From: a virus
Lineage: Duplodnaviria; Caudoviricetes
Reading direction: 5' to 3' (one strand)
Virus record (IMG/VR): IMGVR_UViG_3300032295_000548
Location: 1 to 64,000 of that record
DNA length: 64,000 bases
Shown: positions 40,601 to 48,291 of the stretch, piece after piece
Layout of the letters: each line of letters starts with the position of its first letter
Numbering within the stretch: position 1 is the first letter of the stretch
The notes under the pieces: model-generated
The model's input: only the letters and a program-made list of their open reading frames with translations
Database searches by the model: none
What the model was told of the DNA's origin: nothing
Made by a program: the position numbers and the translations under genes

Positions 40601-43600
40601 CAGTACTGCTATTGGCGGGCTAGAAAATAATCAATGGTATTATATTAATGTTTTAGAAACAGTACCATCAGTTGTTATTGGATTTTACGATAACTACGCT
40701 GATTGTATAGATAATCATGATAGATTAAGATTGTTTGATGCAGGTACAGGTTCAAATCACACGATAAATCAAGGTGCAAAAGCAAGCGCAATTTCTACGT
40801 CTGCCCCGGTTAGAGAGAATGACATTGTTTTGAGATTCGACAGAACCACATACGATTCTCAAGTTTTAGAATGGTTAGCAGGAAGATACTATGGTGCTTT
40901 CTATGCTGGTACTTACTCAAATAGTGAGTCAGTATCCAGTTCATCTATATCGCTACAAAGCACACAACCTCCAATCGCAGATATATTGGCAAGTGCTCAA
41001 GGTGTTGCGTTTGAAATCACTGACCTTAGAAATGAACGTGTAGTAAATTACAGTTCATTCATACGTTATGTTGATAGCACATACGCCGCAAATGAAGTCA
41101 TAAGACTAGAACTACAAGACGATGGTTCAGGTAATCCAAACGCATCAGGTGGTACTATTGGTTTCTATGTTGGAATGCCGATCAAGTTCACAGGTGATGT
41201 TGGATCTAGTGGTATTATTACTAATCAAGTTTACTACGTAAACAGCATCATCAACCAAACTGATTTTACTATATCTGAAAGCAGTACAGGTAGTCCAATC
41301 AAAGTATTGTCTAACTGGACAGTAGGTCCTGCAGGATTACAATGTTACGTTGGTGAAGTAACTGATACTGCGGTTATTACGGTTAACTATCCGGGCATTT
41401 TAAATGTAACTGCAACTCAATCAACTGTAAACAAATTGACAGTGCCATTGAATGTTACTGGTTCAGGTGGTACTGAAGGATTCTATATCAATCTACCAAT
41501 CTTCTTTACAGGCACAGATTCTAATTTACCACAAAACGGTGTGTTTGGTGGTATTGTAGAAAACGAAGTATACTATGTTACAACAGTGGTCGACAACCAA
41601 ACGTTCACCATGTCTGAGGAGAAAGACCCACAAACATTTAATGTAACTGCAACGGTTGCTTCTACTGATACTGTTGTAATAGATGGTGACACCTCAAAGT
41701 TAACAGTAAATGAACCTATAATCTTCAACACAATGGTTGTTGCAGGAACAGAAACATCTTCATTTGGTGGATTAGTTTCAGGAACTACATATTACGTATC
41801 GTCTATTGTAAGCCCAAGTTCATTCACTATTTCTACATCAATTAACGGGGCAATAGTTGCATTGTCTAATGTATCGGCTGCATCTAACACCTCTGCTCTA
41901 TGCACAAGTCAGAAAAATACCTTAGCATTAACAACTACAACAGGTAATAACATGGTTGTCAACGTTAGCTTGCCAGTAAGCCCAGGACAAGTTAATGGTC
42001 AGTTGTTCACCCTATATGAAACTTCAGGGCAATATCCGAGTCTAGACGGCACTGATGGTAATTTGATTACTAGGGGATTAGCCGCATTGATAGGTCAAAG
42101 AACTATTGATAGTGTAGTAGTTGATGTTAACGCAATTGTATTAACTAACTTTAATCCAGGCGATACAGTAGCATTGGGATTGACAAACATTTACATCAAC
42201 ATGCCAATTGAAATTTCAAATGACTTGTTCTATAACAACGTACTAGTTCCTGGAACTACATATTACGTAGTAGAAAAAGATACAATTGAAATTGAAGTCA
42301 CAAACACATCATCTTCAACTAATGAGTTGACTTGCGATACTACTGAGCTATTATTCGCTGATATGCCAATCATATTCTCGGGCGCTGGTATTGGTGGTGC
42401 TGAAATTGATGTTGAATATTGGGTTAAGGAAGTTGTAAGTGATACTAGATTCACTATTACTAATACACCAGGTGGTTTAGAACTAACCTTATCTACTGCT
42501 AGTGGATTGATGACAGGTACTGGATTACCTTATATTAAGGTTGCTACCAATATTGGAGATCCTGCAATATTCCCAGGTAACACACAGCAAAGTGCTTCTA
42601 TCAGCGCCGCAAATCCAGCTGTAATTACAGTCAGTGGAGCACCTACAGACGGTGACACTGTTATTTTCAGAAATGGTGAAGCTCCTGCAGGTATGGCGTT
42701 GAACACAACCTACTATGTACGTAACGCAACCAACACTACATTTAACATTTCGTTAACATCTACAGGCTCGCTAATAAACACTTCGGCTGGTGTAGCTAAA
42801 ACGTCAACAATGGTTATAACTGAGACAACTACAATAGATCAAACTCCACTAACAGTTCCTCAATTTGATGTCAGCTACATCTTAGGTGGCTATAGAGTAT
42901 TGATTACCAATCAAGGATCAGGATATGCAGTTGATAATACAATTGTGATCCCGGGCACTGATATGGGAGGAACCACTACATTAAACGACTTGACGTTAAC
43001 TGTAAACACAATTGATAGTGAAGGTGAAATTTTAAGTGTTATTTGTTCAGGTACAGTGCCAGGTGACAGTAATCAATATTACTTGAAAGTTATTTCTTCT
43101 ACAGAATTTGAATTGTATGCAAATCAGTTGATGACAGTTCCTGTTAGTGGATTGAACTTACCATATGTAGGTATTACTGAAACTACTGTTACAGCAACAC
43201 AATCATCGACAGATATTATTACAGTGTCAAGTACATCAGGATTTAGTGTAAATGATGCAGTAGTCTTTACTGGAAGTAGTTCAGGTGGAATGGTTCAAGG
43301 TCAAACATATTACATATTGGACAATATTAATTTTACTGCAACTACATTGCAAGTTAGTGAAACCCCAAATGGTTCTGTATTTCAGTTAACAACTGCGGTC
43401 TCTCAAAATTATACAATGGCTAAGTTTGGTTCAGTTGCGTTGTTACCGGAACCATTCATATTCAATCAGAGCATTGTTAAGTATAACAACCGTGTTTATG
43501 TTTGTGTTGTATCAAATAACGACCAAGAGTTTGTATTTGGTAAGTGGGAACTATTAACTAGTGGTGATCGTAGACTAAATGCAATGGATCGTGTAATGGG

Positions 43601-46600
43601 TTATTATCAGCCTACCGTAAATATGCCTGGCAAAGACTTGTCACAGTTGTTTGAAGGGGTAACATATCCAAATAGCACATACTTAGGTAATCCATTCGCA
43701 CCGGATCAACAATATGCAGTAGATACTATTTTACAAGATCAAGCGTTCTATCCTACTGATGTAGATATACATGCTGTAGTTTGGGACGGCACTAGATATA
43801 TTGCTGCCGCGGATATGTCTACATATTCAAGTGTGTTGTCTAGTTTAACTACTGATGAATGGGCTATACAAAAACTAGCAAACACTCCGATCAATACAAC
43901 GGATATGATTTATGCTGGTGGTTATTATTTGTTAACTACAAATAACTCTGCAACACCTATCTTCAGAAGTGAAAATGGCATTACATGGACAACAAACGGT
44001 TACTTTACTCCATGGGGTTCAGTACCATATGACACTACAACATATGACTTCACCGCACTAAGCATATCTTCATTGAATCTAAATTCAGTAGGATATAGAA
44101 ATGGAATATGGGTATCAGTAGGAGATGGCGTAATATCTAGTGATGATACTTACATTTGGAGACAACGTTTTACATTTGGTAATCCTCTACTAACTAATAT
44201 ACTATACGGTGTAAATGGTATTGATATTACTGCATTCCAAGGCTTCATTGCAGTGGGTAAAGGTCAACAGATGGATTACTCTAGTGGCATTGGAGTTACA
44301 ATCAATGTAAGCATTATATTAACTAGCACTGACGGAATTACATGGAATCAATTAGCACCAGTAAGTTCTAAAGGATTGTACGGAATAACACACAACGGTA
44401 CAAACGCATTAGCAGTCGGTGAAGATGGTGTAATCTATATTTCTAATAACGGTGGCAATTGGTTAGGCGTAAATGAAGTAACTGTTATTAGCGTCAACGC
44501 ATCATCAAACTACCTAAACGTAACTAGCACAACTGGATTCGCAGTAAACGATCAAGTAGTATTCTCTACCTCGTTTAACGTGTTTACTGCAGGAACAACA
44601 TACTATGTTAAGACTATTGTTTCTGGCACTCAATTACAATTGAGCACTACATTAGGAGGCTCAGTCGTCACATTAACTGCGGCAGATCCTTCTACAACCA
44701 CATACATGTCAGCTATTGCTACACATGATTTAGTAGACGTTCTTTATGCTAATGGTGTTTATGTTGCTGTGGGCGATAACGGTTACGTTATAACGTCAAT
44801 GAATGGTTATGATTGGGCACAAAGAACGACAGGTACATCAGAAAACTTGAATGGCATAGCATACAATGCAGATGATGATATATGGATTGCAGTTGGTGAG
44901 AACAATACAATTCTAGTAAGTTATAATGACGGTACTGATTGGACTAGTTCTTCTGTCTTTGCCCCTCAAACAACAACATATGATGTTCAGGGCGCAGAAT
45001 TTACATATGGTTACGGTCCAGAAGAACTGGTGCCAGGTGTTGTAACTGACAACATTACTATGACTGTTGCTACACGTCCTGGTACTAATTGGGACGAAAC
45101 GATTTATCAACATGTTGGTTATAATGTTGTAAGTATTGAATTAACTCCTACATCAGGTACACAAACTTTATACAGCTTTGACGTTGGCAACTTGTACAAC
45201 ATACAAAATCCAGCACAAATAGCAGTTTATGAAATCAATGGTTCTACTGGTTTAGGTACTGCTATTTACAACACAGTAGACTACACAATAAATTGGGTAG
45301 ATTTTTCTATTACGTTGAACAGTCCTCTACCATTCACACCAGTGACAAATAAGCTACGTGTTGATATCTATGAAGTAGGTAACGGAAATCAATTAGTCAA
45401 GGCTAGCACCAAGACTGATCCAATTCGTATGCACGAAAATACTGGTTGGAATGAAATTTATGTAAACTGTAACTATTCTGGACAAATCTATCAAGGTTCA
45501 GGTGTTATAAGACCTGATACTAATCCAGTTGACGTAGAAGCCACCGAAACAGATTCAACCTCTAACACTATATTGTGTGCAAGTGTTAAAGATTTCTTCT
45601 TGAACGAACCTATCACATTCCAAGGTGCAGTGTTTGGTGGTCTAGCAGAAGATACAACGTATTACGTTAAAACTATTAGTTACGTAACCAATAGAATCAC
45701 AGTGTCTACGACTATCAATGCAGGCACCGGCACAGCAGGACCTACATTGGCATTGACTGATGCTACCGGTTCTATGAATATTATTATTAAAGTTGGTTAT
45801 GGTGAAGTATGGACTACTCCAATCATTTATCACAATGGTAACAAACTATTATTGGGCACCACTAGCACTGTTACTAGAACAAAAGCTAGCAACAATGCAG
45901 TGACAACCAATACGACCGGTGGAATGATTGTAGGCGAACGAATTGTGTTTAGTGATACTATGTTTGGTCCAGTATTGGCTCCGCAGACAACATACTATGT
46001 CAAAACTATTATAGATGCAAATGAATTTACAGTATCTGCGACATTAGGTGGACCTGTCTTAGCATTAACTGATGCAACAGGCGGTGCAGAATTCATTACT
46101 AATGATTATGCATTTGGTATTGCGGAGAATGGAATAACTGCATCTATCATATTTGCTACAGGTGACTATGATGATAATGTAGACTACATAACTTACACAT
46201 TGTTTGGTGAAACAACACCTACACAATATGGTTATACAATACCTGAAACTCAGTTGATTACTGCTGATGGTACAGTAGGTCCGTTCAGCTTAGATAATTA
46301 TGTTTCTGATAACAACCCAACTAATGCGGTTGTAGAACTTAATGGTCTTCGTTTGATTAATACCACTGATTATACTATTGATGACAACACCAATGAAATT
46401 ACATTCACTAGTGCACCAACATTAGGTGATGTAATAGCAGTGACTACATACAACCAAACAGATCGCCAATACTTGAATACACAATATGGTATCACCGGTA
46501 TTACTGTTTCAGACATTGTAGACATTAACAATACTATCACACCTTACTCCGCAACTACTAACTGTACTAATACTACTTCAGGTACAAATCGTATTACATG

Positions 46601-48122
46601 TGTATCAACCGGCGGATTCGCTGTTGGTCAAACAGTAGAGTTCAAAGGTGCAACTGCATTTGGTGGTCTTGCTATTGACGGTACTGTATACTATATCAGA
46701 AGTATTGTTAGTGGTACACAATTTACTATCGAAGATGAAGATGGTAACATTGTAACATTGTCAACTGCAACTGGTTTAGTCATAGCTTACGTAGGTGGTC
46801 AACAGGCAGTACGAGTTATTACTGGATCTGCCCACAACCTCAGCGAAGGTGATCTTGTAAGAATTGATGGAACAGTTGGTTCTGTACAATTGAACAACAA
46901 TACATACTATGTTCATGTTATTAACTCCACCGAAGTAGATTTATACTTAGATCAACCATATAACTCGGGATTGGCAGCAATTAACTATCCAGTTACTAAT
47001 ATTTCTTCATATGTATCCGGTGGATATATATGGGCAAACAATTCATACACACTACAGAACTTAGAAGTAACTGATACTACAAATGATCCTATCTTAGGTA
47101 ATTATTTAACTGTCAGTTCGGTTGACCAATTAGTAGTAGGTACTCCTGTAGTGTTTACTGGTACCGTATTTGGTGGGGTATCTACTGATACTACGTACTA
47201 CATTAAATCTTTGGTAAGTGCTACAGAATTTTCTATATCACTTGTGCGTTATGGTGATGAAGTAGTGTTAACAACTGCATCAGGATCTATGTATGTTACG
47301 CAGTGGGAACAGGACAATGTTGATAGATTATGGGTAACGGTAAACGGTTATCGTGTACCTTCAGCTAGCTTGAGATTAAATCCCAACAATGAAGTCAGTA
47401 TATTAACAACCATTGCTTCTGCTGATGATGTTATCATAACAAGTATGATGCCAAGTGCAACACCTAACGAAGAGGTATTCTTAATCAACGTTAACCAACA
47501 AGGATCGGGTGTTGCTTATCGTGCAAATACTCAAACTAGAACTTGGTTAGTAGCTCCATTGAGCAACACCGATACTATCATTTATGTAGATGACGTTACT
47601 AAACTTACTGACGTAGTTACGCAAGTTGAAACAGTTCCTGCAGTTGAAGATGGATATTTCTATATTGGTCTAGAAGCAGATAAGAGAATTATCTCTAGTG
47701 TTACTGTTTACAACAATACTACTAGTCAGACTATCTCTAGCAGTAACTATGAAATAGTGATAGAAAATCTATCTCCGGTATTGAAGATTACTGCAGGGGC
47801 ATATATAACCGCAGGAAATTCACTGACAATCACTGTGCTTGAAGGAAACTTGTTATACGTCAACGGAGAACAAATTAAGTTTAGTTCAGTAGACCTTGCA
47901 AATAATGCAGTTACCGGATTACAGCGTGGTACTAATGGTACCGGAGAACAAACGTTTATTCCGTTATATTCAGAGGTTTTTAGTATATTGTCTAACAACC
48001 AAATGTCAAGTGTGGACTATTCTGACACTTGGAATTCTGCGGTCTATAATACCGTTGAGGGTGACCCATTACAGATTAGTACTACGGAGTCAGCAATTTT
48101 CTTGCGAGGCGATGTTAACTGA
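28638..48122 (+). CDS. Giant 6494-aa virion structural protein (gp7-position baseplate wedge/adhesin-like)
   Basis: Uninterrupted 19.5-kb ORF after gp6. T/N/S/Y-rich, with repeated 'YYV...F.IS' beta modules, FG-GAP-like and Asp-box-like repeats, and a CBM5/12-like motif. Confidence 0.8.
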   Translation: MASRIRTLNFLPDVFQTPTNAQFLAATLDQIVAQPETKRIEGYIGTKFGYGINAKDYYVTEPTKTRRDYQLDPGVVFTKTNESVAKDFISYPGIIDALKLEGGVTDDNNRLFNSQFYSWDSFTNLDKVINYNQYYWIPEGPARVVVSNETVYYANDYAVYDLPNGYNIIPLTSADSLGSTNPTLTLLRGGTYTFAVNQDSQFWIQGEPGVTGFSNTQPNVQTRDVLGVNNNGASQGIVTFTVPPKNAQDEYNFPGNNLVSLVSNLPFAQVNGYRISDLTNGIDGVTSLDGLTIMFYNTGLPNEVGYVSNFFDYTPYDENNDLTSLQTISITSTNSSTDAITCNSTANLIVGNAIVFNGTPFGGISQYSTTLPNTIYYVESIINSTQFTISTTPNGSIYPLTTDTGSMTGVINQGQYEQGYYTNVSEHFYTVQLIGDPSDPVIRLVEASAIPVTQKITASFGVQYGARSFYRTASGAILIIPYISAPLDTLYYQDSSSPTKVGAIRLVESNITNTLNVDTDIIGQSQFTATNGIVFTNGLKVVFQGDVIPSNYLTGEYYVEGVGTSIELLPVEDFIAPEGFTATTYVPWDVLGWDSTDWEGNSYIPVTPDYITIARNSIDKNAWSRSNRWFHIDVINATATYNNNPNLVTLYATSEYKAKRPIIEFYPNIKMFNSGSEGKAPVDYIDTRTTDAFTYVAGQQNYYPDVEVYTAYTATITSTNYLADRVIQTGSNSTGVFTVASGYNTTGFNVNDLIVFDDITPGSGITTGGSYYVAQVVSSTQFKISATKGGAIVIPAVSVTGPYSFTWSPLSTTITIANDDIFGKLNAPGAFTVGQYVTDSTNALPRNTQISAISGTTTLTLTLDWDEGGNYFAQQTNASIIGTDTTNDNYALFDGSRIVFTQDTDINVKNKIYISRFSTISGSSVPVITLTEASDGEVLADQQTVALRGYFNQGKEFWYDGIDWIEAQQKTNLNQSPLFDVFDSNNISFGNSEIYVGTSFTGCKLFSYGIGSGLDDTVLGFPVRYSSIDNVGDLSFDVSLNLDTFDYVNGTEPVTQKVNTGYVFQYNNRIEYNRQLGWQTAVSPSIQYQIFEFNYDPLVPTTEFVCDIAKSSSDSTNWPTIEVYVNNVTVPHDEYTVVVGPDTTTVTLTTDPIIETVIQILVLSDQVSQTAYYSIPVNLNNNPLNADITVANLGDIRGQYQSIFYNNPNTTGEVFGPNNYRDLGNMVPWGDRIIQNSASMVLPGAFLRKQEHNLFNALMFNSREYVKFKNLLAYTVQNSDYTQRYDPATLLDDALDQITASKNDSQPFFWSDMLPNKAAYVSNTYSFANSLDVSIYPLTRVYDYTTANYYGVLVYLTRTALGVTTTQQLIKGQDYTISTTAPSLTVSLDLLPGDVITIKEYNQTYGSYVPNTPTKLGLYPAYTPEVILDSNYSTPTYFIRGHDGSYTKLYGEYDALTGLLTDFRDQTSLEFELRVYNNLKISSVIPIKEYEVVPGFFREIDYTYEQWLSIYSSGFLNWVGQNRLNYKIQFYNSNDNYSYNYYQSGNAINKAPISQGYWRGIYQYFYDTTTPNTTPWEMLGFTEMPSWWTGRYGPAPYTSDNLVLWTDLSEGIDWNNGDPVVIPQAVRDGLLEIIPVDSAGNLLPPIDSVVGAYNQRLFQRDWKVGDGAPVEFSYRRSSSYPFDLMRIMALTKPAQFFNLGVDVDHYKYNAEFNQYLVNNRSHLRMSDIDVYGSGTPVTSYVNWVVDYEKQVGINATTNITEMFNNMDVRLVYRVAGFTDKSLLKFYVEKGTPNSRNASLLIPDESYSVLLYDNQPFNRIVYSGVIVQINSTGGYNIFGNSQTNAYFKTLKPKYAGKYDTIEVEGLSVKVTPEHYSTEQLIPYNTTLYTAQEVSQFLADYGAYLISLGMKFEDTESGLEINWAQMIAEFLYWAQTGWAPGSIVTLNPSAKKLTIDKDSNIVQPLTIQQSNFVLNQNLYPIQTNDLSIVREGTAFSATALNDGDTISYGQFNLSNFEHGIVFDNVTLFGDIIYNLTTGLRQNRIALRGTKSADWNGTVNAAGFIYNQDNIKEWNRTVKYTKGEIVKYKNKYWIATKIIQASEIFKEADWKRTDYDEVQKGLLPNSSTRSYESSLYYDIDRANLENDADLLSFSLIGYRPRDYMALADLTDITQVNVYKNMIKNKGTLNAASAFRGANLPQGGIDYEIFENWAIKAGEFGGVLNNNFVEFRVNEKNMTGNPAIVGLTDGVYNVGVQQEVPLYSLFNYGRPITNVDVLPTNEVDTPNTIYPDAGYVNYNDVKMSAFFYSQLGVAVDKNGSIVPIEDFFVRDYVWLANYLERWEVYTPVAMGQVVSARNNLNETVTITFNKPHNLRQYQPFAIVNFDLAIDGYYLATIVIDQYRVLVNRTLDTSIKTITGQGVAMKFSSQRVATPAEIADLPLTDAEFRKNTVWVDTNGSGSWGVYRKGINYTLTSQVTKTSSQSLGSAVAVGDQLGYLISDADLGQVYRYTYNDLSQSYELVQTITGSASFGSTISYAGDVYAIAQTTGGSRTVKLYQLQNTTTSDDLVLIQTIPYETGATTWGTSIAMSGNLDWIYISDIDNNTVHVYQRSNISTTAGNFESTETYVINEIGTTDFTLIGATSNDVGVKFIATGVGTGTGVATKITYNVVTIIDGDALGLTNPGDRFGYSISTDYDGDEIVIGAPYKDYGAYDKWGQSYVFQKLYQNIEIQYNTIAPTSQTLQLAWTPDTTQFTVTATNATTDRITLTVAMDPIADLDKPIIFSGSGFGGTEIVTEKVYYVSTISGSNITIKQTRESTTDVALSTAAGLTNTYAYLQDDTLFVSKNGTLVQDNNYAVINDTLIYTNSLDAGDILNVSGHFITIVQTLTTEQTPQTGAQFGTSVATNIHASEILVGAPYQLNTQVSEGVVYRYTDPGVVYGIYTGTTDCNVTTTRKLLINGFLTYIPAGDASDAADAINSAQITNVAATNIDGKLAIFLIDSDLAPAFEKLFIGVTDDQTLTELGIQTYTLTQEILCPHTEGPTQFGTVIKFNEYGSFVASAPVGTRFSATTFDFIDDENQDNDTLFDNNATNWIDESPNFGAVYMFDYISQYNESLANIGKFVYAQSVNSPNLVYTPFNTYDQETDVTSSNQPRYGTALDFNNYGVIVGTPGDVGATTGTEYAGSATVYNNSLRVKDWSLYRYSAPIVDINKLFNIQLFSAETNQTLINLDYIDPLQGKILGAVRENIDIVSNVDPASYNNTATVNGNLVWGADYVGKIWLNTKNMRYVNYHQNDDVSYNSQYWATLFPGSDVAVYSWVASNVLPSSYQGPGIPLSINSYSIQYVINESGALTPVYYFWARNTNIINDSKTLSDSIIASYIENPKASGISYFSPILPSVYGLYNSNEYINANDSVLHIGFATGTNNDVSHEQFNLIRAGFASDFLPGVPLLSNEAPDSLYDRLLDSLCGVDETGAIVPNPYLPKAVQTGILARPRQSFFFNRYTALKNYLQYANSILAQFPITEIRQSSFLNSNGIFYDTADYWEYINWWSTGYDNNTKSALQVLNYADLSTLSVVTGTIVSVTSNSNGRTETYVYESSGNWRRIGLENGTIRFKTSLWDYESVRLGFGDNFFDTDLYDIYPSEETRKIVRALNEQIYTDDLLVYRNRSLILLFEYIQSETTENQNYLPWLNKTSFIDVAHTIRELRPIEVFQSDNQDFLSGYMNEIKPYHVVIKEFLFKYTGEEVYGGNITDFDLPSKYSAAQAQFITPQLVYANSNGVNQFTPDDPIWEEQEYSQWFENHGLSITGENEVQMTTLASYLSLNTNSFAVDNAQGFPINGILTIGTEQIGYSSVDRALNVLSGLTRGVNGTTIAQHIPGQLIYMNLPAVLLLDGGRGYVEPPKVTAYIDTTLYPAPTVPAVLTAVMNLDSVLRVDVVNPGQGYAVLPKIIIDPAITVPFTSADVNIFSNTIQVYAPLLQTGDLVQYKVGTDSTAIGGLENNQWYYINVLETVPSVVIGFYDNYADCIDNHDRLRLFDAGTGSNHTINQGAKASAISTSAPVRENDIVLRFDRTTYDSQVLEWLAGRYYGAFYAGTYSNSESVSSSSISLQSTQPPIADILASAQGVAFEITDLRNERVVNYSSFIRYVDSTYAANEVIRLELQDDGSGNPNASGGTIGFYVGMPIKFTGDVGSSGIITNQVYYVNSIINQTDFTISESSTGSPIKVLSNWTVGPAGLQCYVGEVTDTAVITVNYPGILNVTATQSTVNKLTVPLNVTGSGGTEGFYINLPIFFTGTDSNLPQNGVFGGIVENEVYYVTTVVDNQTFTMSEEKDPQTFNVTATVASTDTVVIDGDTSKLTVNEPIIFNTMVVAGTETSSFGGLVSGTTYYVSSIVSPSSFTISTSINGAIVALSNVSAASNTSALCTSQKNTLALTTTTGNNMVVNVSLPVSPGQVNGQLFTLYETSGQYPSLDGTDGNLITRGLAALIGQRTIDSVVVDVNAIVLTNFNPGDTVALGLTNIYINMPIEISNDLFYNNVLVPGTTYYVVEKDTIEIEVTNTSSSTNELTCDTTELLFADMPIIFSGAGIGGAEIDVEYWVKEVVSDTRFTITNTPGGLELTLSTASGLMTGTGLPYIKVATNIGDPAIFPGNTQQSASISAANPAVITVSGAPTDGDTVIFRNGEAPAGMALNTTYYVRNATNTTFNISLTSTGSLINTSAGVAKTSTMVITETTTIDQTPLTVPQFDVSYILGGYRVLITNQGSGYAVDNTIVIPGTDMGGTTTLNDLTLTVNTIDSEGEILSVICSGTVPGDSNQYYLKVISSTEFELYANQLMTVPVSGLNLPYVGITETTVTATQSSTDIITVSSTSGFSVNDAVVFTGSSSGGMVQGQTYYILDNINFTATTLQVSETPNGSVFQLTTAVSQNYTMAKFGSVALLPEPFIFNQSIVKYNNRVYVCVVSNNDQEFVFGKWELLTSGDRRLNAMDRVMGYYQPTVNMPGKDLSQLFEGVTYPNSTYLGNPFAPDQQYAVDTILQDQAFYPTDVDIHAVVWDGTRYIAAADMSTYSSVLSSLTTDEWAIQKLANTPINTTDMIYAGGYYLLTTNNSATPIFRSENGITWTTNGYFTPWGSVPYDTTTYDFTALSISSLNLNSVGYRNGIWVSVGDGVISSDDTYIWRQRFTFGNPLLTNILYGVNGIDITAFQGFIAVGKGQQMDYSSGIGVTINVSIILTSTDGITWNQLAPVSSKGLYGITHNGTNALAVGEDGVIYISNNGGNWLGVNEVTVISVNASSNYLNVTSTTGFAVNDQVVFSTSFNVFTAGTTYYVKTIVSGTQLQLSTTLGGSVVTLTAADPSTTTYMSAIATHDLVDVLYANGVYVAVGDNGYVITSMNGYDWAQRTTGTSENLNGIAYNADDDIWIAVGENNTILVSYNDGTDWTSSSVFAPQTTTYDVQGAEFTYGYGPEELVPGVVTDNITMTVATRPGTNWDETIYQHVGYNVVSIELTPTSGTQTLYSFDVGNLYNIQNPAQIAVYEINGSTGLGTAIYNTVDYTINWVDFSITLNSPLPFTPVTNKLRVDIYEVGNGNQLVKASTKTDPIRMHENTGWNEIYVNCNYSGQIYQGSGVIRPDTNPVDVEATETDSTSNTILCASVKDFFLNEPITFQGAVFGGLAEDTTYYVKTISYVTNRITVSTTINAGTGTAGPTLALTDATGSMNIIIKVGYGEVWTTPIIYHNGNKLLLGTTSTVTRTKASNNAVTTNTTGGMIVGERIVFSDTMFGPVLAPQTTYYVKTIIDANEFTVSATLGGPVLALTDATGGAEFITNDYAFGIAENGITASIIFATGDYDDNVDYITYTLFGETTPTQYGYTIPETQLITADGTVGPFSLDNYVSDNNPTNAVVELNGLRLINTTDYTIDDNTNEITFTSAPTLGDVIAVTTYNQTDRQYLNTQYGITGITVSDIVDINNTITPYSATTNCTNTTSGTNRITCVSTGGFAVGQTVEFKGATAFGGLAIDGTVYYIRSIVSGTQFTIEDEDGNIVTLSTATGLVIAYVGGQQAVRVITGSAHNLSEGDLVRIDGTVGSVQLNNNTYYVHVINSTEVDLYLDQPYNSGLAAINYPVTNISSYVSGGYIWANNSYTLQNLEVTDTTNDPILGNYLTVSSVDQLVVGTPVVFTGTVFGGVSTDTTYYIKSLVSATEFSISLVRYGDEVVLTTASGSMYVTQWEQDNVDRLWVTVNGYRVPSASLRLNPNNEVSILTTIASADDVIITSMMPSATPNEEVFLINVNQQGSGVAYRANTQTRTWLVAPLSNTDTIIYVDDVTKLTDVVTQVETVPAVEDGYFYIGLEADKRIISSVTVYNNTTSQTISSSNYEIVIENLSPVLKITAGAYITAGNSLTITVLEGNLLYVNGEQIKFSSVDLANNAVTGLQRGTNGTGEQTFIPLYSEVFSILSNNQMSSVDYSDTWNSAVYNTVEGDPLQISTTESAIFLRGDVN

Positions 48123-48138
48123 AAGATAAATAAATAAT

Positions 48139-48291
48139 ATGAGCAATAAATCCACAGAAACTACAGAAAAAACACACAAAAAGCCTGAATCCAAGCCTAA
48201 TGAGCATGGGGGCTTTTACTTTTCTTCACATCTAAATATTTTTGATCCAAACACCAAACAAGTTTTAGTTCAAAAAAGAGGCGATAACTAA
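48139..48291 (+). CDS. 50-aa protein absent from the ORF track, similar to the N-terminus of the next gene
   Basis: MSNKSTETTEKTHKKPESKPNEHGGFYFSSHLNIFDPNTKQVLVQKRGDN. GATAAATA at 48125-48132; TAATG overlap with the next gene. Confidence 0.75.
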   Translation: MSNKSTETTEKTHKKPESKPNEHGGFYFSSHLNIFDPNTKQVLVQKRGDN

